Origin: a virus
Lineage: Duplodnaviria; Caudoviricetes
Length of the DNA: 64,000 bases
Direction: 5' to 3' (one strand)
Virus record (IMG/VR): IMGVR_UViG_3300027963_000058
Coordinates: 27,015 to 91,014 of that record
The translations under genes and the position numbers were made by a program. The notes under the pieces are model-generated. The model searched no databases. It saw only the letters and a program-made list of their open reading frames with translations, and was not told the origin of the DNA. This document shows, one piece after another, positions 1 to 10,428 of the stretch (its first letter is position 1; each line of letters opens with the position of its first letter).

Positions 1-3000
1 GCCAACAACATTGTATTATCATTGCCAGCTGAAGATGTAGCTGGATATGGAAATAGTCTTGAATGGGGCGATAACAATTGGGCAGTCATTGGTGCCAGTA
101 CCAGCCGCAGTGGTCAAGGATATGCTTCTGTGGTATATCAAATTCCTGGCAGTAACAATTACGAGCAAACACAACTATTAACAGCCTTGAGTAGTAATGC
201 AGTTACAACCAATGCTGTAGCATTTGGCTCGGCAGTAGCAATGAGCAAAGATGAAAGATGGATGTATGTTAGTGCACCAGTTGAAAATTTAGTTTATGCT
301 TACGGCAAGGTAGAAATCCCAGAACAGTCAGTGACTTACACAACCGATGGCACTAGCACAGCATACGCCTGGTCACCTGACTTGATTATCGACCCAGCAT
401 ATCCTGAACAATTAGCGGTAATTCTTGACAATCAACCACAATCTTATCCAGCTGATTATACCATACCCTTAGATAGCTCTAACGTGGTGTTTGCTACAGC
501 ACCGCCAGCTGGTGTTCAGTTAGAGATCGCTCGACGAGCTTTCCAATCTTTTGACGGTACTGGATCGGGTGATCCTACCTATGATTTACAACCATATCTA
601 TATACAGCCACCGTTGGTAATACTGCGACAAATATCAATTCATGTACTATTACTGTTGACGGAATAATTCAGCGTCCTTGGATAGATTATGTGTTTTCTG
701 ATGATGGAAATGTAACTTTTAATTCAGGATCAGAACCTGCCAGTGCCGCTGTAATTAATGTGACTGCTGGCACATACTGGCAGTATGTTACAACTCTTCC
801 TACTGCTGGTCTGTCATTGTCAGCCAACGCTGTTTTTGGCACCAGCCTAGCAACCAGCACTGACGGAAGAAGTATAATTGTTGGTACCCAAAACGACACA
901 GCCGTAAATGCCGCAGGCAATACTGTGACAGCAGGATCGACCTATGTGTTTGATCGTAGTGTAGTTAGATATGTGGTAACAGATACCGCTCAGACCATTT
1001 ATGCCATTCCTGGCACGTCAATTGATCCAATCTCGGTACTACACAATGATGTATTTTTAACCAACGAGGCCCAATATGTGCCAGGACAGTTCTCTGTGGT
1101 TGGGTCCAACATTGAATTAGCAAGTTCTGTTACACTGACCATTGGAGACAGTATTGAAATTGAAACCAATGAATTCCAGTTTGTACAAAAAATAGTTTCT
1201 CAGGCTCCACAAAATGGTGCACGATTTGGAAATGCTGTGGCCATGTGTTCTAATAATTGTAGTCTTTATAGCGGAGCTCCTAGCAACACCAATGTCATTG
1301 AACAAGATGGTAGTGTTGAACGACAAGCCAATCAAAGTAGACTGTATGGCGTGACAGTCAGCACTATTGCCAACCCAACCCTGACTCCTGGTACTACAAT
1401 TCGTATCAACAACATTGAAGTTGCTGTTCCTAACAGTCCTAACAATACTGTGTCTGGATTAGCAACAGCTATCAGTCCTGTAGCATGGTCTATTACAAAA
1501 CAATATTATATCAATGATCGAGTGATTTATAATTATGTTTGTTATATTGCTACCGCATCAAGTTCAGAGAAGGTACCTAGTTCTTCAAGCGCCTACTGGG
1601 ACGCATCATTTGTCATACCCAATGTTCAAGCCTCATTGACTGCTGATTTGGAATTCACCGGGGATGGTATTACAAAAATCTTTTTTGTAGGAACGGTGTA
1701 TAGTACCGCTGGATCAACCCCGGTAGTTTATGTCAATAATGCATTAAGCTCTGGCTACACCTATAATAACACCTCTCAACAAATTGAATTTGTATCTGCT
1801 CCAGCAATAGGAGTTAAAATAACAGTGGTCACAGGACGATTGATTTTGTCAACTATTAACAATTCATCGGCCCCAGAATTTAACAAACTCACAGTATTAC
1901 CTGGAGTGGGCGGAACAGGATCAGCATTTGCGGAACTGGGATTTAATACTTTTATCTATACACAAACACTATACAGTCCAAATCCAGTTGGATACAGTTC
2001 TTTTGGTAGTGCAATCAGTATCAATACTGACAGTGTCAACATCGTGATAGGTGCACCAAACGGCAGTGTGTATGAAGCCATGAGCTTTGATGGTGGCGAA
2101 ACCATTGTTGACGATAACAGCACGTTCTTTAGTAATCCGGTATCCAACTGTGGTGTAGCGTATACATTTGATTATTTGCCAAGTGCTCAATCATCAGTGT
2201 CAAACACAGGACAATTGGTATTTGGTCAACAAATTTATCAATTGCCTCGACTGGATACTTTTACTTTTGTCGGTGATGGAACCACAAGAACTTATAATAT
2301 AAACTCTGTTTATAATACTATTACAAATCCGCCACAAGTTTATTTAAACAATGAGCTCTTAATCCTAGGACCAGACACTTACGACTACGCTTATTATTCT
2401 TCTACTTATTTTGTTGTGTTTGCAACTGCACCTAGTACGAATTCTCTTATTTTTATTGAAACAGGACAGGCTGGCACAAGTATTGCAGATCGATTTGGCA
2501 CAGCAGTAAACTATGTGGATGGACGTCTGATTGTGGGTGCGCCTGGTGTAGATCTTGGAGCTAGTAGTAACACAAACTACGGGTCAATGTCTATATTTGA
2601 TAATGCCAATAATTTGCCAAGTTGGGCAGTAATACATGAACAACAGCCAGTGGTCAACATTGAGCTGATGAATAGTGTATACAGTTTTGATAAACTGTTA
2701 AACAGCACTCAAACCTATTACGACTTTATTGATCCACTACAAGGCAAGATACTGGGAGTGGCTGCTCGCAATATCAATTACATTGGTGCAGTAGATCCAG
2801 CCAATTACAATACAGGAACCATACACAACAACGGCACTGCCTGGGGATCTGCTCATGTGGGAGAAATTTGGTGGGACACTGACACTGTGAGATTTATCAA
2901 TCCCAACCAAGATGATATTGTGTACGCAAGTAAACGCTGGGGCCAGATATTTCCAGGTAGTCGTGTAGACATTTATCAATGGATTCAAAGTGACGTTCCT

Positions 3001-6000
3001 CCTGCTAGTTATATTGGCATCGGAACTCCATTAAGTGCCACTAGTTATACGGTGTCATCGATACTGACTGCCAATGGAGTGTTTGCCAGCTATTACTATT
3101 ATTGGGTACGGGGAATCAACACTGTAGACACAGCCAATGGAAAAAATTTAAGCACCACAGCCATTGCCAGTTATATTGCCAATCCACTTGGCAGCGGTCT
3201 ACCTTATATAGCCGCACTAAATTCTAGTACTGTGGCACTATACAATGCGGTAGGATTAATCAGTGCTCAAGATACAATTTTACACATTGAATATGAACGT
3301 CAGATTGGTGGTGCTAATGCTAACATCCATACTGAATATCAATTTGTAAATGAAGGCAAAGCCGACAGCTTTGTTACTGATTCAATCTATCAAAAATTAC
3401 AAGACAGTTTGTGTGGAGAAGACGTATCTGGTAATTTGGTTCCAGATCCATTCTTGAGTCCAGGTCTGCGTTACGGAGTACAATTCCGTCCACGGCAGAG
3501 CATGTTTGTCAACAGATATACAGCATTACAAAACTATCTTGGCCGAGCTAATACTATACTGGCACAATATCCTATCTCAGAGTTACGCACTTTCAATCTG
3601 TTGAACAGCAGTGAAAGTATTCCAAATGCCACAACAGCAACAGCTACAGCGGCCACTATCTCTGGAAACATATTGACTGTGGCTGGCACAATCACTGGAG
3701 TGTTTGCCTTAGGACAAACCATAAGCGGCACCGGCATTCCTGGTCTAGTCACAATCTTGGATTATGGAACCGGAACTGGCGGAGAAGGAACATATACAAT
3801 CAGTGCCAGTCTCTCTATCACAGCACGCACTATAACTGGTACTACTGGTTATAATCAAGTTGTTTCTAACTTGACTGTGTTAGGTTATCAAAATCTTGCC
3901 GCTGTCAATCTAGGATATCGTTATCTGGTCTTGACTGACAGCAGCCAAGGTGGACGATGGACCATATACGAAGTGGTCACTGACCCCTTGACAGACATCA
4001 CTGCAACTCGAACTACCTTGTTGGTTCGCATACAAAATTACGATACATCGTTATATTGGAGTTACATCAACTGGAATCAGCCTGGATACAACAGTTCAAT
4101 ACAGCCTGTTGCTCAGGTTGCCATCACAGCCGATCTACAAGCATTAAGTATCAATCAGGCACCTATTGGCAGCAGTGTGCAGGTCAATAACAACGGCCAA
4201 GGAAAATATGAAATTTATTTAAGAATTGACACTGGGTGGGAACGTGTGGTACTCGAAGATGGCACTATTGCTTTTGATGCTGTGCTATGGAATTATGCAC
4301 TTGGTCCTTATGGTTTTTCGGCCGAAGTATATGATGCACAATACTTTGACCAGGCTCCTACAATTGAAACTAGAAAAATTATTCAGGCTATTAATCAAGA
4401 ACTGTTTACTAATGAGTTTTTGATATATCGCAATGAACTATTGATATTGATGTTCAAATATATCTACAGTGAATTTACAGCCCCAGTCTGGTTAATGAAA
4501 AGCAGCTTTATCAATGTGGATCATAAACTGCGTGCCCTGGAGGCGTATCAGCTGTATCAACAAGACAATCAAACTTTTGTGGAACAATATCTACAAGAAG
4601 TAAAACCCTATCATGTGCAAACTCTAGCATTTAATTTGGTCTATGATGGATTGGATCTCTATCCTGGATCAATGAGCGACTTTGACGTACCAGCCAGGTG
4701 GGATAACACAGTTGAAATCCCACAGTTTGTAAGTCCGGTGTTAACCCCTTACACCGACTCTGTGAGCTTGGTTGAATCATTTGTCAGTGACACCGCTCCA
4801 AATGCAGCTATATGGACAGAAACTCCTTGGCAGTCGTGGTTCAATAATTATACCTTGAGCATTATCGGTGCAACTGTAGTAACTGGTGGATCTGGATATA
4901 ATGTAGTTCCTGAAGTGGTGTTTGGAACCGAATGGCAAGCTGATACGGTTTATACTATTGGACAACAAATTTTTTATGTTAGTGGTCCAACCAATAATTT
5001 ATACACGGTCACTGCATCTGGAACCACAGGAAATATTCCTCCATCATTCACGTCCGGGTCAGCCCTAAACGGAACAGCTACCTTGTCCTGGTTTGGCAAT
5101 GGTGCCAGTGGGTATGCCACACTCAGTGGCACAGGTGGTGTACAATCAGTGATTGTGAGCGACCCTGGGTCAGGCTACACGACAACAGCCGCTATAACAT
5201 TTGTGGGTGGTAATGGAACTGGCGCACAAGCTGTGCCAATCATGACCAATCAGTTGGTAAGAAATTTTACTATTACAATTCGATTTGATCGTTATCAATA
5301 TGAAACTACTATATACGAATGGCAAGCCAATTACAGTTATGCGCAAGGAGATCGGGTACGTTGGCACAACCTAGTTTGGTCTGCCAACAGTGCTGTTTCA
5401 AGTGCCACATTTAACATAGACCAATGGACAGATATCACTATTCCTGTGGACGCTGTTGACATTGTGGCTGGTAATACCTATACCATAACTTCTTTAGGAA
5501 CAGTCACAAGTCCAACCAATTTTACTTTGATTGGTGCATCTCAAAACATAGTTGGAACACCGTTCATTGCAACAGGAGCAGGCACAGGAACTGGAACCGC
5601 AACTATTTTATTAAGTGGTGTAGATCGTACCATGGGCTATTATACTCCTACTCCAAACATGCTGGGACTCAGTTTGCCATTGTTGATTGCAGGTGATCAT
5701 TATCCAGGTGTGCAAGTAATGGCTCCAAATTTTGATCAAGATATAATAGCTGATCCTGACATACTTGATGCTGTGTATTCCAGTTCGTATCTTGACACAT
5801 TCCTGGGAACACGTCCAACTGATATCAATGTTGATGGCGGTGGCTACATTGATGTATTCAGCAGTTATGCTCCAGAAGAACTGGTGCCCGGTAGCGAATT
5901 TGATACCTTGGATTTCCGTGTATATACCACCGGCGGTCCAACCAACGGAGCTGATTTTAGAATATTCCAGGACATGCGTGGATTACAATTGACCTATATC

Positions 6001-6801
6001 ATCAATGATGAGACTACTACTGAATTGGCTCAAGACCTAGGCACCACCGATGACATAATTTATGTTGACAATGCTGGCGCTTTGGCTGTTCCAAATTTGG
6101 CTTCAAATCGATGGGGCGTGTTGACTGTTGGTGCTGAAAGAATTATGTACCGTGAAATTGACCTGGCAAACAACACAGTTAGTGGATTGTTGAGAGGAAC
6201 TGCTGGTACGGCTATCACGGCTCACATCGATGGAGCAACAGTCTACAACATGGGCACTGATAATTTGTTTAGCCAACAATATCAAAATTACATTGTGGAA
6301 ACCACCACCGTGGCCAATGGATCCACTACAGTATTTGCTGCTCCAAACATCACTCTAAGCACATCAACTACTGCCTGGGTAATTGGTAACACCTACACAT
6401 CTGGGGATATTGTCATCAACAGCGGCAGTTTTTACAGTGCCAAACAGAATGTACCAGCTGGCACAGCAATCGCCAACACTGATTACTGGCAACCACTTGC
6501 GGTAGCTGTAGAAGTTTATGTGGGCGGACTACGAATAACAGGAGCAACTACATGGGTGATTGGTAATACCTACTCATTTGAAGATATAGTTGTCAACAGC
6601 GGCAGTTTCTACAGTGCCAAACAGAATGTACCAGCTGGCACAGCAATAAGCAATACTGATTACTGGCAACCACTCTCCACACCTGCTGAAGCTTATATTG
6701 TAACCAATCAAGCCCCAGTATCAGTCACACTGAATACTGCACCACCAGATGGCGTTGCTGTAACTATATTAGTTCGCAGAGGAACCTGGATAGACTATTA
6801 A
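1..6801 (+). CDS. Giant virion structural protein (baseplate wedge/tail-associated), 5'-partial
   Basis: Frame is open from base 1. T/S/G/N-rich, with FG-GAP-like propeller repeats (FGSAVAMS, FGTSLATS, FGNAVAM), GDG-x-T-x-F modules and CBM5/12-like W-x4-Y-x2-GD-x-V motifs. Adjacent to other structural genes. Confidence 0.75.
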   Translation, partial: ANNIVLSLPAEDVAGYGNSLEWGDNNWAVIGASTSRSGQGYASVVYQIPGSNNYEQTQLLTALSSNAVTTNAVAFGSAVAMSKDERWMYVSAPVENLVYAYGKVEIPEQSVTYTTDGTSTAYAWSPDLIIDPAYPEQLAVILDNQPQSYPADYTIPLDSSNVVFATAPPAGVQLEIARRAFQSFDGTGSGDPTYDLQPYLYTATVGNTATNINSCTITVDGIIQRPWIDYVFSDDGNVTFNSGSEPASAAVINVTAGTYWQYVTTLPTAGLSLSANAVFGTSLATSTDGRSIIVGTQNDTAVNAAGNTVTAGSTYVFDRSVVRYVVTDTAQTIYAIPGTSIDPISVLHNDVFLTNEAQYVPGQFSVVGSNIELASSVTLTIGDSIEIETNEFQFVQKIVSQAPQNGARFGNAVAMCSNNCSLYSGAPSNTNVIEQDGSVERQANQSRLYGVTVSTIANPTLTPGTTIRINNIEVAVPNSPNNTVSGLATAISPVAWSITKQYYINDRVIYNYVCYIATASSSEKVPSSSSAYWDASFVIPNVQASLTADLEFTGDGITKIFFVGTVYSTAGSTPVVYVNNALSSGYTYNNTSQQIEFVSAPAIGVKITVVTGRLILSTINNSSAPEFNKLTVLPGVGGTGSAFAELGFNTFIYTQTLYSPNPVGYSSFGSAISINTDSVNIVIGAPNGSVYEAMSFDGGETIVDDNSTFFSNPVSNCGVAYTFDYLPSAQSSVSNTGQLVFGQQIYQLPRLDTFTFVGDGTTRTYNINSVYNTITNPPQVYLNNELLILGPDTYDYAYYSSTYFVVFATAPSTNSLIFIETGQAGTSIADRFGTAVNYVDGRLIVGAPGVDLGASSNTNYGSMSIFDNANNLPSWAVIHEQQPVVNIELMNSVYSFDKLLNSTQTYYDFIDPLQGKILGVAARNINYIGAVDPANYNTGTIHNNGTAWGSAHVGEIWWDTDTVRFINPNQDDIVYASKRWGQIFPGSRVDIYQWIQSDVPPASYIGIGTPLSATSYTVSSILTANGVFASYYYYWVRGINTVDTANGKNLSTTAIASYIANPLGSGLPYIAALNSSTVALYNAVGLISAQDTILHIEYERQIGGANANIHTEYQFVNEGKADSFVTDSIYQKLQDSLCGEDVSGNLVPDPFLSPGLRYGVQFRPRQSMFVNRYTALQNYLGRANTILAQYPISELRTFNLLNSSESIPNATTATATAATISGNILTVAGTITGVFALGQTISGTGIPGLVTILDYGTGTGGEGTYTISASLSITARTITGTTGYNQVVSNLTVLGYQNLAAVNLGYRYLVLTDSSQGGRWTIYEVVTDPLTDITATRTTLLVRIQNYDTSLYWSYINWNQPGYNSSIQPVAQVAITADLQALSINQAPIGSSVQVNNNGQGKYEIYLRIDTGWERVVLEDGTIAFDAVLWNYALGPYGFSAEVYDAQYFDQAPTIETRKIIQAINQELFTNEFLIYRNELLILMFKYIYSEFTAPVWLMKSSFINVDHKLRALEAYQLYQQDNQTFVEQYLQEVKPYHVQTLAFNLVYDGLDLYPGSMSDFDVPARWDNTVEIPQFVSPVLTPYTDSVSLVESFVSDTAPNAAIWTETPWQSWFNNYTLSIIGATVVTGGSGYNVVPEVVFGTEWQADTVYTIGQQIFYVSGPTNNLYTVTASGTTGNIPPSFTSGSALNGTATLSWFGNGASGYATLSGTGGVQSVIVSDPGSGYTTTAAITFVGGNGTGAQAVPIMTNQLVRNFTITIRFDRYQYETTIYEWQANYSYAQGDRVRWHNLVWSANSAVSSATFNIDQWTDITIPVDAVDIVAGNTYTITSLGTVTSPTNFTLIGASQNIVGTPFIATGAGTGTGTATILLSGVDRTMGYYTPTPNMLGLSLPLLIAGDHYPGVQVMAPNFDQDIIADPDILDAVYSSSYLDTFLGTRPTDINVDGGGYIDVFSSYAPEELVPGSEFDTLDFRVYTTGGPTNGADFRIFQDMRGLQLTYIINDETTTELAQDLGTTDDIIYVDNAGALAVPNLASNRWGVLTVGAERIMYREIDLANNTVSGLLRGTAGTAITAHIDGATVYNMGTDNLFSQQYQNYIVETTTVANGSTTVFAAPNITLSTSTTAWVIGNTYTSGDIVINSGSFYSAKQNVPAGTAIANTDYWQPLAVAVEVYVGGLRITGATTWVIGNTYSFEDIVVNSGSFYSAKQNVPAGTAISNTDYWQPLSTPAEAYIVTNQAPVSVTLNTAPPDGVAVTILVRRGTWIDY
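6376..6674 (+). repeat. Two ~122-bp direct repeats (6376-6497, 6553-6674) encoding a CBM5/12-like module
   Basis: WVIGNTY..DIV.NSGSFYSAKQNVPAGTAI.NTDYWQPL occurs twice with near-identical DNA. Confidence 0.9.
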
Positions 6802-6847
6802 AATACCCCAAGGTTTTCCGGGGGCTGTAAAACAAGCTAAATAAAAT

Positions 6848-6997
6848 ATGACTGATAAAAACCAGACAACCAAACAAACTGTTACTGAAAAAACCCCACA
6901 GCGTCGTCCCAACGATACCGGAACTATTTCAGTACAAGGACATATAAGGATTTCGGATCCTCAAACCAAGCAGGTATTTGTGGAGAAACGAGCATGA
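6848..6997 (+). CDS. 49-aa protein (not in ORF track), similar to the N-terminus of the next gene
   Basis: MTDKNQ...VQGHIRISDPQTKQVFVEKRA*. TAAATA box 4 nt upstream. Stop overlaps the next ATG (ATGA). Confidence 0.7.
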   Translation: MTDKNQTTKQTVTEKTPQRRPNDTGTISVQGHIRISDPQTKQVFVEKRA

Positions 6998-7617
6998 TAA
7001 TCACTCCTGGACTAACAAAAATTGAAGGTTTTGTAAAAATACACGACCCCAGAACAGGCGAAATTTTAGTAGATAAAAAGAATGCCATACACTATGAAAA
7101 TATCAGTATCTGTATGGCTCGTACTCTAAGCGACCGATCTTTGGTACAAGGCGGAGGATTTATCTATGACATGGCATTTGGCAACGGTGGTAGCGCAGTA
7201 GATCCTACTGGAGTTATAACCTATTTGCCCCCCAATACTGTGGGCATTAACGCAAGTCTATACAACGAAACCTACGTTAAAGTAGTGGATGATAACAGCG
7301 CAGCCAATCAAGACCCTGGTAACAACTACATGACTGTGGTACACACGTCAGGACAACCTTACACCGACATTATTGTGACCTGTTTGCTAGACTACGGTGA
7401 ACCAGCAGGACAACAGGCCTTTGATAACAGCACCAATTTCAATGGCGAATACGTGTTTGATGAACTGGGATTGCAATGTAAAGTTGGACCCAGTGCAGGT
7501 GATTTATTGTTAATTACCCATGTAATCTTTCATCCTGTGCAAAAAAGTTTGAATCGTCAAATACAGATTGATTACACGTTACGAATCCAAACTCTTACTA
7601 ACTTGAGTAGAGCATAA
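6994..7617 (+). CDS. Putative baseplate/structural protein
   Basis: 207 aa with MAFGNGG and FDELGL motifs, in the structural operon. Confidence 0.6.
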   Translation: MIITPGLTKIEGFVKIHDPRTGEILVDKKNAIHYENISICMARTLSDRSLVQGGGFIYDMAFGNGGSAVDPTGVITYLPPNTVGINASLYNETYVKVVDDNSAANQDPGNNYMTVVHTSGQPYTDIIVTCLLDYGEPAGQQAFDNSTNFNGEYVFDELGLQCKVGPSAGDLLLITHVIFHPVQKSLNRQIQIDYTLRIQTLTNLSRA

Positions 7618-7665
7618 ATATGCTTATGCTACAGAATAATAAATATAACGGGATCGAATAAACAA

Positions 7666-9066
7666 ATGTCATATACAATAACCCTAACAGATGGAACCAT
7701 ATTTGCAACTATAGCAGACGGTACAATCAACACTTCTGCCAATCCAGCTGTAACATTGGTAGGTAAAAATTACGCTGGATATGGAGCATTCTTAGACACT
7801 AACTTCATGAGAATGTTAGAAAATTCTTCTTTCAATACGGCACCACCTGCTCCAATAACTGGACAACTTTGGTGGAACAATACTCCAAACGCTGGGCAAC
7901 TTTCTGTTTATATGGGTTCGGCCTGGAAATCGCTTGCTGCCTTGGTCGTAGCAAACTCAACTCCTAGCACATCAGTTTATAGTACCACTGGCGATCTTTG
8001 GTATGACACTGTAAATCAACAGGTAAACATCTGGACTGGTGCTACCTGGTTGTTGGTAGGTCCACAATTTAGTGCAGGTACAGGTGTAACCGGTGCCTTT
8101 GCCAATGTGATAACTGATAGTATTAGTGTAACTCATAAAGTGATAGAGTTAGTGGTCAATAATAATGTAGTCGGTATCATCAGTGAAGACACAGTATTTA
8201 CACCTCAAACAACCATTCCAGGTTTTGCCAACGTCAATCCTGGACTACAATTGGCCAATGTTTCAAACGGTGTGGGCGGTGCTAGTGTTCCATCATACTG
8301 GGGACAAGGCAATGTAGGTGTAAGCGTACAAGGCAACGTCAGCGCCAACGTATTCTTGGGTAATGGTAGTCAATTGACTGGAGTATACGGTAATGCCAAC
8401 GTAGCTACCTTTATGGGTAGTGGCAACAGCATGAACATCAGTGTCACTGGTACCGTCAATACCACTTCAATAGTATCTGCTACTGGTAACATAACTGGTG
8501 GTAATGTGCTATTTGGTGCAGGTGTTGTAAGTGGAACTGGTAATATTACTGGAAATACATTACGAATTTCAAGTATTACTAATGCCAGCGGCAATATCTC
8601 GGGCAATATTGGTAATAGCACATCTTATTTTAACACTGTGTTTGCAAACACATTCGCTGGTACTTCCACTACGGCCTTATACGCTGACGTTGCAGAACGA
8701 TTTTCTGCAGATGCTGAGTATGAACCTGGTACCGTGGTTGAATTGGGCGGATCGGCAGAAATTACAAGATCCACAACAGAATTAAGCGACTCTGTGTTCG
8801 GTGTCATAAGTACACGAGCAGCATATTTAATGAATAGTGGTGCTGGATCTGATTTGACTCATCCTCCGGTTGCAATGACCGGCCGAGTTCCTGTACAATG
8901 TACTGGTGTTATACACAAAGGCGATCGATTGGTCAGTGCCGGACATGGCGTTGCAAGATCTGCCAATCCTGGAGAAGCCACAGCGTTCAACACAATTGGC
9001 CGAGCACTTGTGGACAAATTAGATTCAGGTGTGGGCATGGTTGAAGCTATTGTAACAATTAAATAA
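7666..9066 (+). CDS. Tail fibre/baseplate protein with C-terminal intramolecular chaperone-like domain
   Basis: G-x-LW-W/Y motifs and GNI/GNV repeats. C-terminus ADVAERF..YEPGTVV..GVIST..GRVPV..KGDRLVS resembles autocleaving chaperone domains. Confidence 0.7.
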   Translation: MSYTITLTDGTIFATIADGTINTSANPAVTLVGKNYAGYGAFLDTNFMRMLENSSFNTAPPAPITGQLWWNNTPNAGQLSVYMGSAWKSLAALVVANSTPSTSVYSTTGDLWYDTVNQQVNIWTGATWLLVGPQFSAGTGVTGAFANVITDSISVTHKVIELVVNNNVVGIISEDTVFTPQTTIPGFANVNPGLQLANVSNGVGGASVPSYWGQGNVGVSVQGNVSANVFLGNGSQLTGVYGNANVATFMGSGNSMNISVTGTVNTTSIVSATGNITGGNVLFGAGVVSGTGNITGNTLRISSITNASGNISGNIGNSTSYFNTVFANTFAGTSTTALYADVAERFSADAEYEPGTVVELGGSAEITRSTTELSDSVFGVISTRAAYLMNSGAGSDLTHPPVAMTGRVPVQCTGVIHKGDRLVSAGHGVARSANPGEATAFNTIGRALVDKLDSGVGMVEAIVTIK

Positions 9067-9084
9067 AGTTGGAATTAATAAAAA

Positions 9085-10041
9085 ATGACATATACAGCCG
9101 GTAGCACTATTGTAGCAACAGATTATAATGGGTTTGTCAGCACCACAGCTGGTGCCAATGTAAATGCCACCTGGAACTCAACCTACGGTCAAACAGCAAT
9201 AAGCACAGTAAGTGCTGCTGGTAGCATAACAGCAACACAATGGGCTACTCTAGTAAACACTATCACAAGTATGGGCAGTCATCAACCTACTGTTATCACT
9301 AGTAGAGCCGCACCAACTGCAGGTACTACCATATCAATTCTGGCCGCAGTAAATACCGACATTACCAACTGCTACAACAACAGGCTGAATGCCTATGCCT
9401 CGGGTAGCCAATACACTGGATGGACCGGTACCAACAGCAAGACCTCAGCAACTGGCGCAGGTACAAATGCTTGGTCAATTGCATTTGTCAATGATGTGGC
9501 CTTCTCTAGCAGTACTACCAAAGATTACTTTTTTGGAGCAGGCGGCATAATCCGTTTACAGTTCAGCAAAACCAGTACCGGCACTGACATTGATCCAGAC
9601 TGGAATGCTTTTGCCACAGCCTGCGGAACATTGTCGTTCACTGGAACCAGTACAAGCAAAACCATCGCCGGTGTCTCCTATCAAGGAACTAATAAAATTG
9701 CCGGCTCGGGAACCCCAACCACGTTGGCCACCAGTATTGGTGCTGCACAGTTGACTGGAAGCAATCAAGAAATATTCCTACAGTACATAGGTGGAGCATA
9801 CACTACTTCATATATCCAAGTGCAGGCATACAATTTAAGCGCAAGTGTGATACGGTTTACCGCCAATTGGGTACAACCAGCCGTAGGCGGAGCCGGACAA
9901 ACCAACAACATCACGGGCGGTACAGCTGCAAGTGGTGCCACACCTGGCACAGCACCATGCACAATTTGCACCTATTTCCCACCAGAAACCACATACTTGT
10001 CCAATAGCTGGGGCACACCAACTGTAGCCGCTACACTGTAG
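9085..10041 (+). CDS. Putative virion structural protein (T/S/A/G-rich)
   Basis: Composition and position in the structural operon. Confidence 0.6.
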   Translation: MTYTAGSTIVATDYNGFVSTTAGANVNATWNSTYGQTAISTVSAAGSITATQWATLVNTITSMGSHQPTVITSRAAPTAGTTISILAAVNTDITNCYNNRLNAYASGSQYTGWTGTNSKTSATGAGTNAWSIAFVNDVAFSSSTTKDYFFGAGGIIRLQFSKTSTGTDIDPDWNAFATACGTLSFTGTSTSKTIAGVSYQGTNKIAGSGTPTTLATSIGAAQLTGSNQEIFLQYIGGAYTTSYIQVQAYNLSASVIRFTANWVQPAVGGAGQTNNITGGTAASGATPGTAPCTICTYFPPETTYLSNSWGTPTVAATL

Positions 10042-10048
10042 CCGCTAC
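10021..10048 (+). repeat. 14-bp perfect tandem duplication ACTGTAGCCGCTAC x2
   Basis: Directly visible; it creates the TAG stop of the 9085 gene. Confidence 0.9.
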
Positions 10049-10078
10049 TACCACCTAACCAAATTGGCACAACAACAG

Positions 10079-10107
10079 TAGACTTCCAACGTATTTTGTA
10101 GTATAAT
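10079..10107 (+). promoter_or_regulatory. Sigma70-like promoter (leaderless transcript)
   Basis: TAGACT-N17-TATAAT, with ATG 6 nt downstream. Confidence 0.65.
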
Positions 10108-10113
10108 ACAATT

Positions 10114-10428
10114 ATGGATACCAATCAACTAGTAGAACATGGCCGTGCTAGATTTGAACATGCTCAGTCTCGACGTGTACTTAAAGAAAAATATCAAGCC
10201 AAACTGACCTTTGCCTATAACGGTGGAATGTGGTCAGCTGGTCCTGAACTTATCAATACATTAACAGCGTCCGTGGAAACGGGCCAACAAGGCTTGGTTC
10301 TTCTTGACTTGTACGATACACCTGTTAGAGTAGATTATCGAGAACTACTAACATTGGCACAACAACGCTGGCAAGAACAAATGACAGCCTGGTTGATTGA
10401 ACACGACGAACTAAACAAAAACAGATGA
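10114..10428 (+). CDS. Hypothetical protein
   Basis: 104-aa ORF, translationally coupled to the next gene. Confidence 0.7.
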   Translation: MDTNQLVEHGRARFEHAQSRRVLKEKYQAKLTFAYNGGMWSAGPELINTLTASVETGQQGLVLLDLYDTPVRVDYRELLTLAQQRWQEQMTAWLIEHDELNKNR

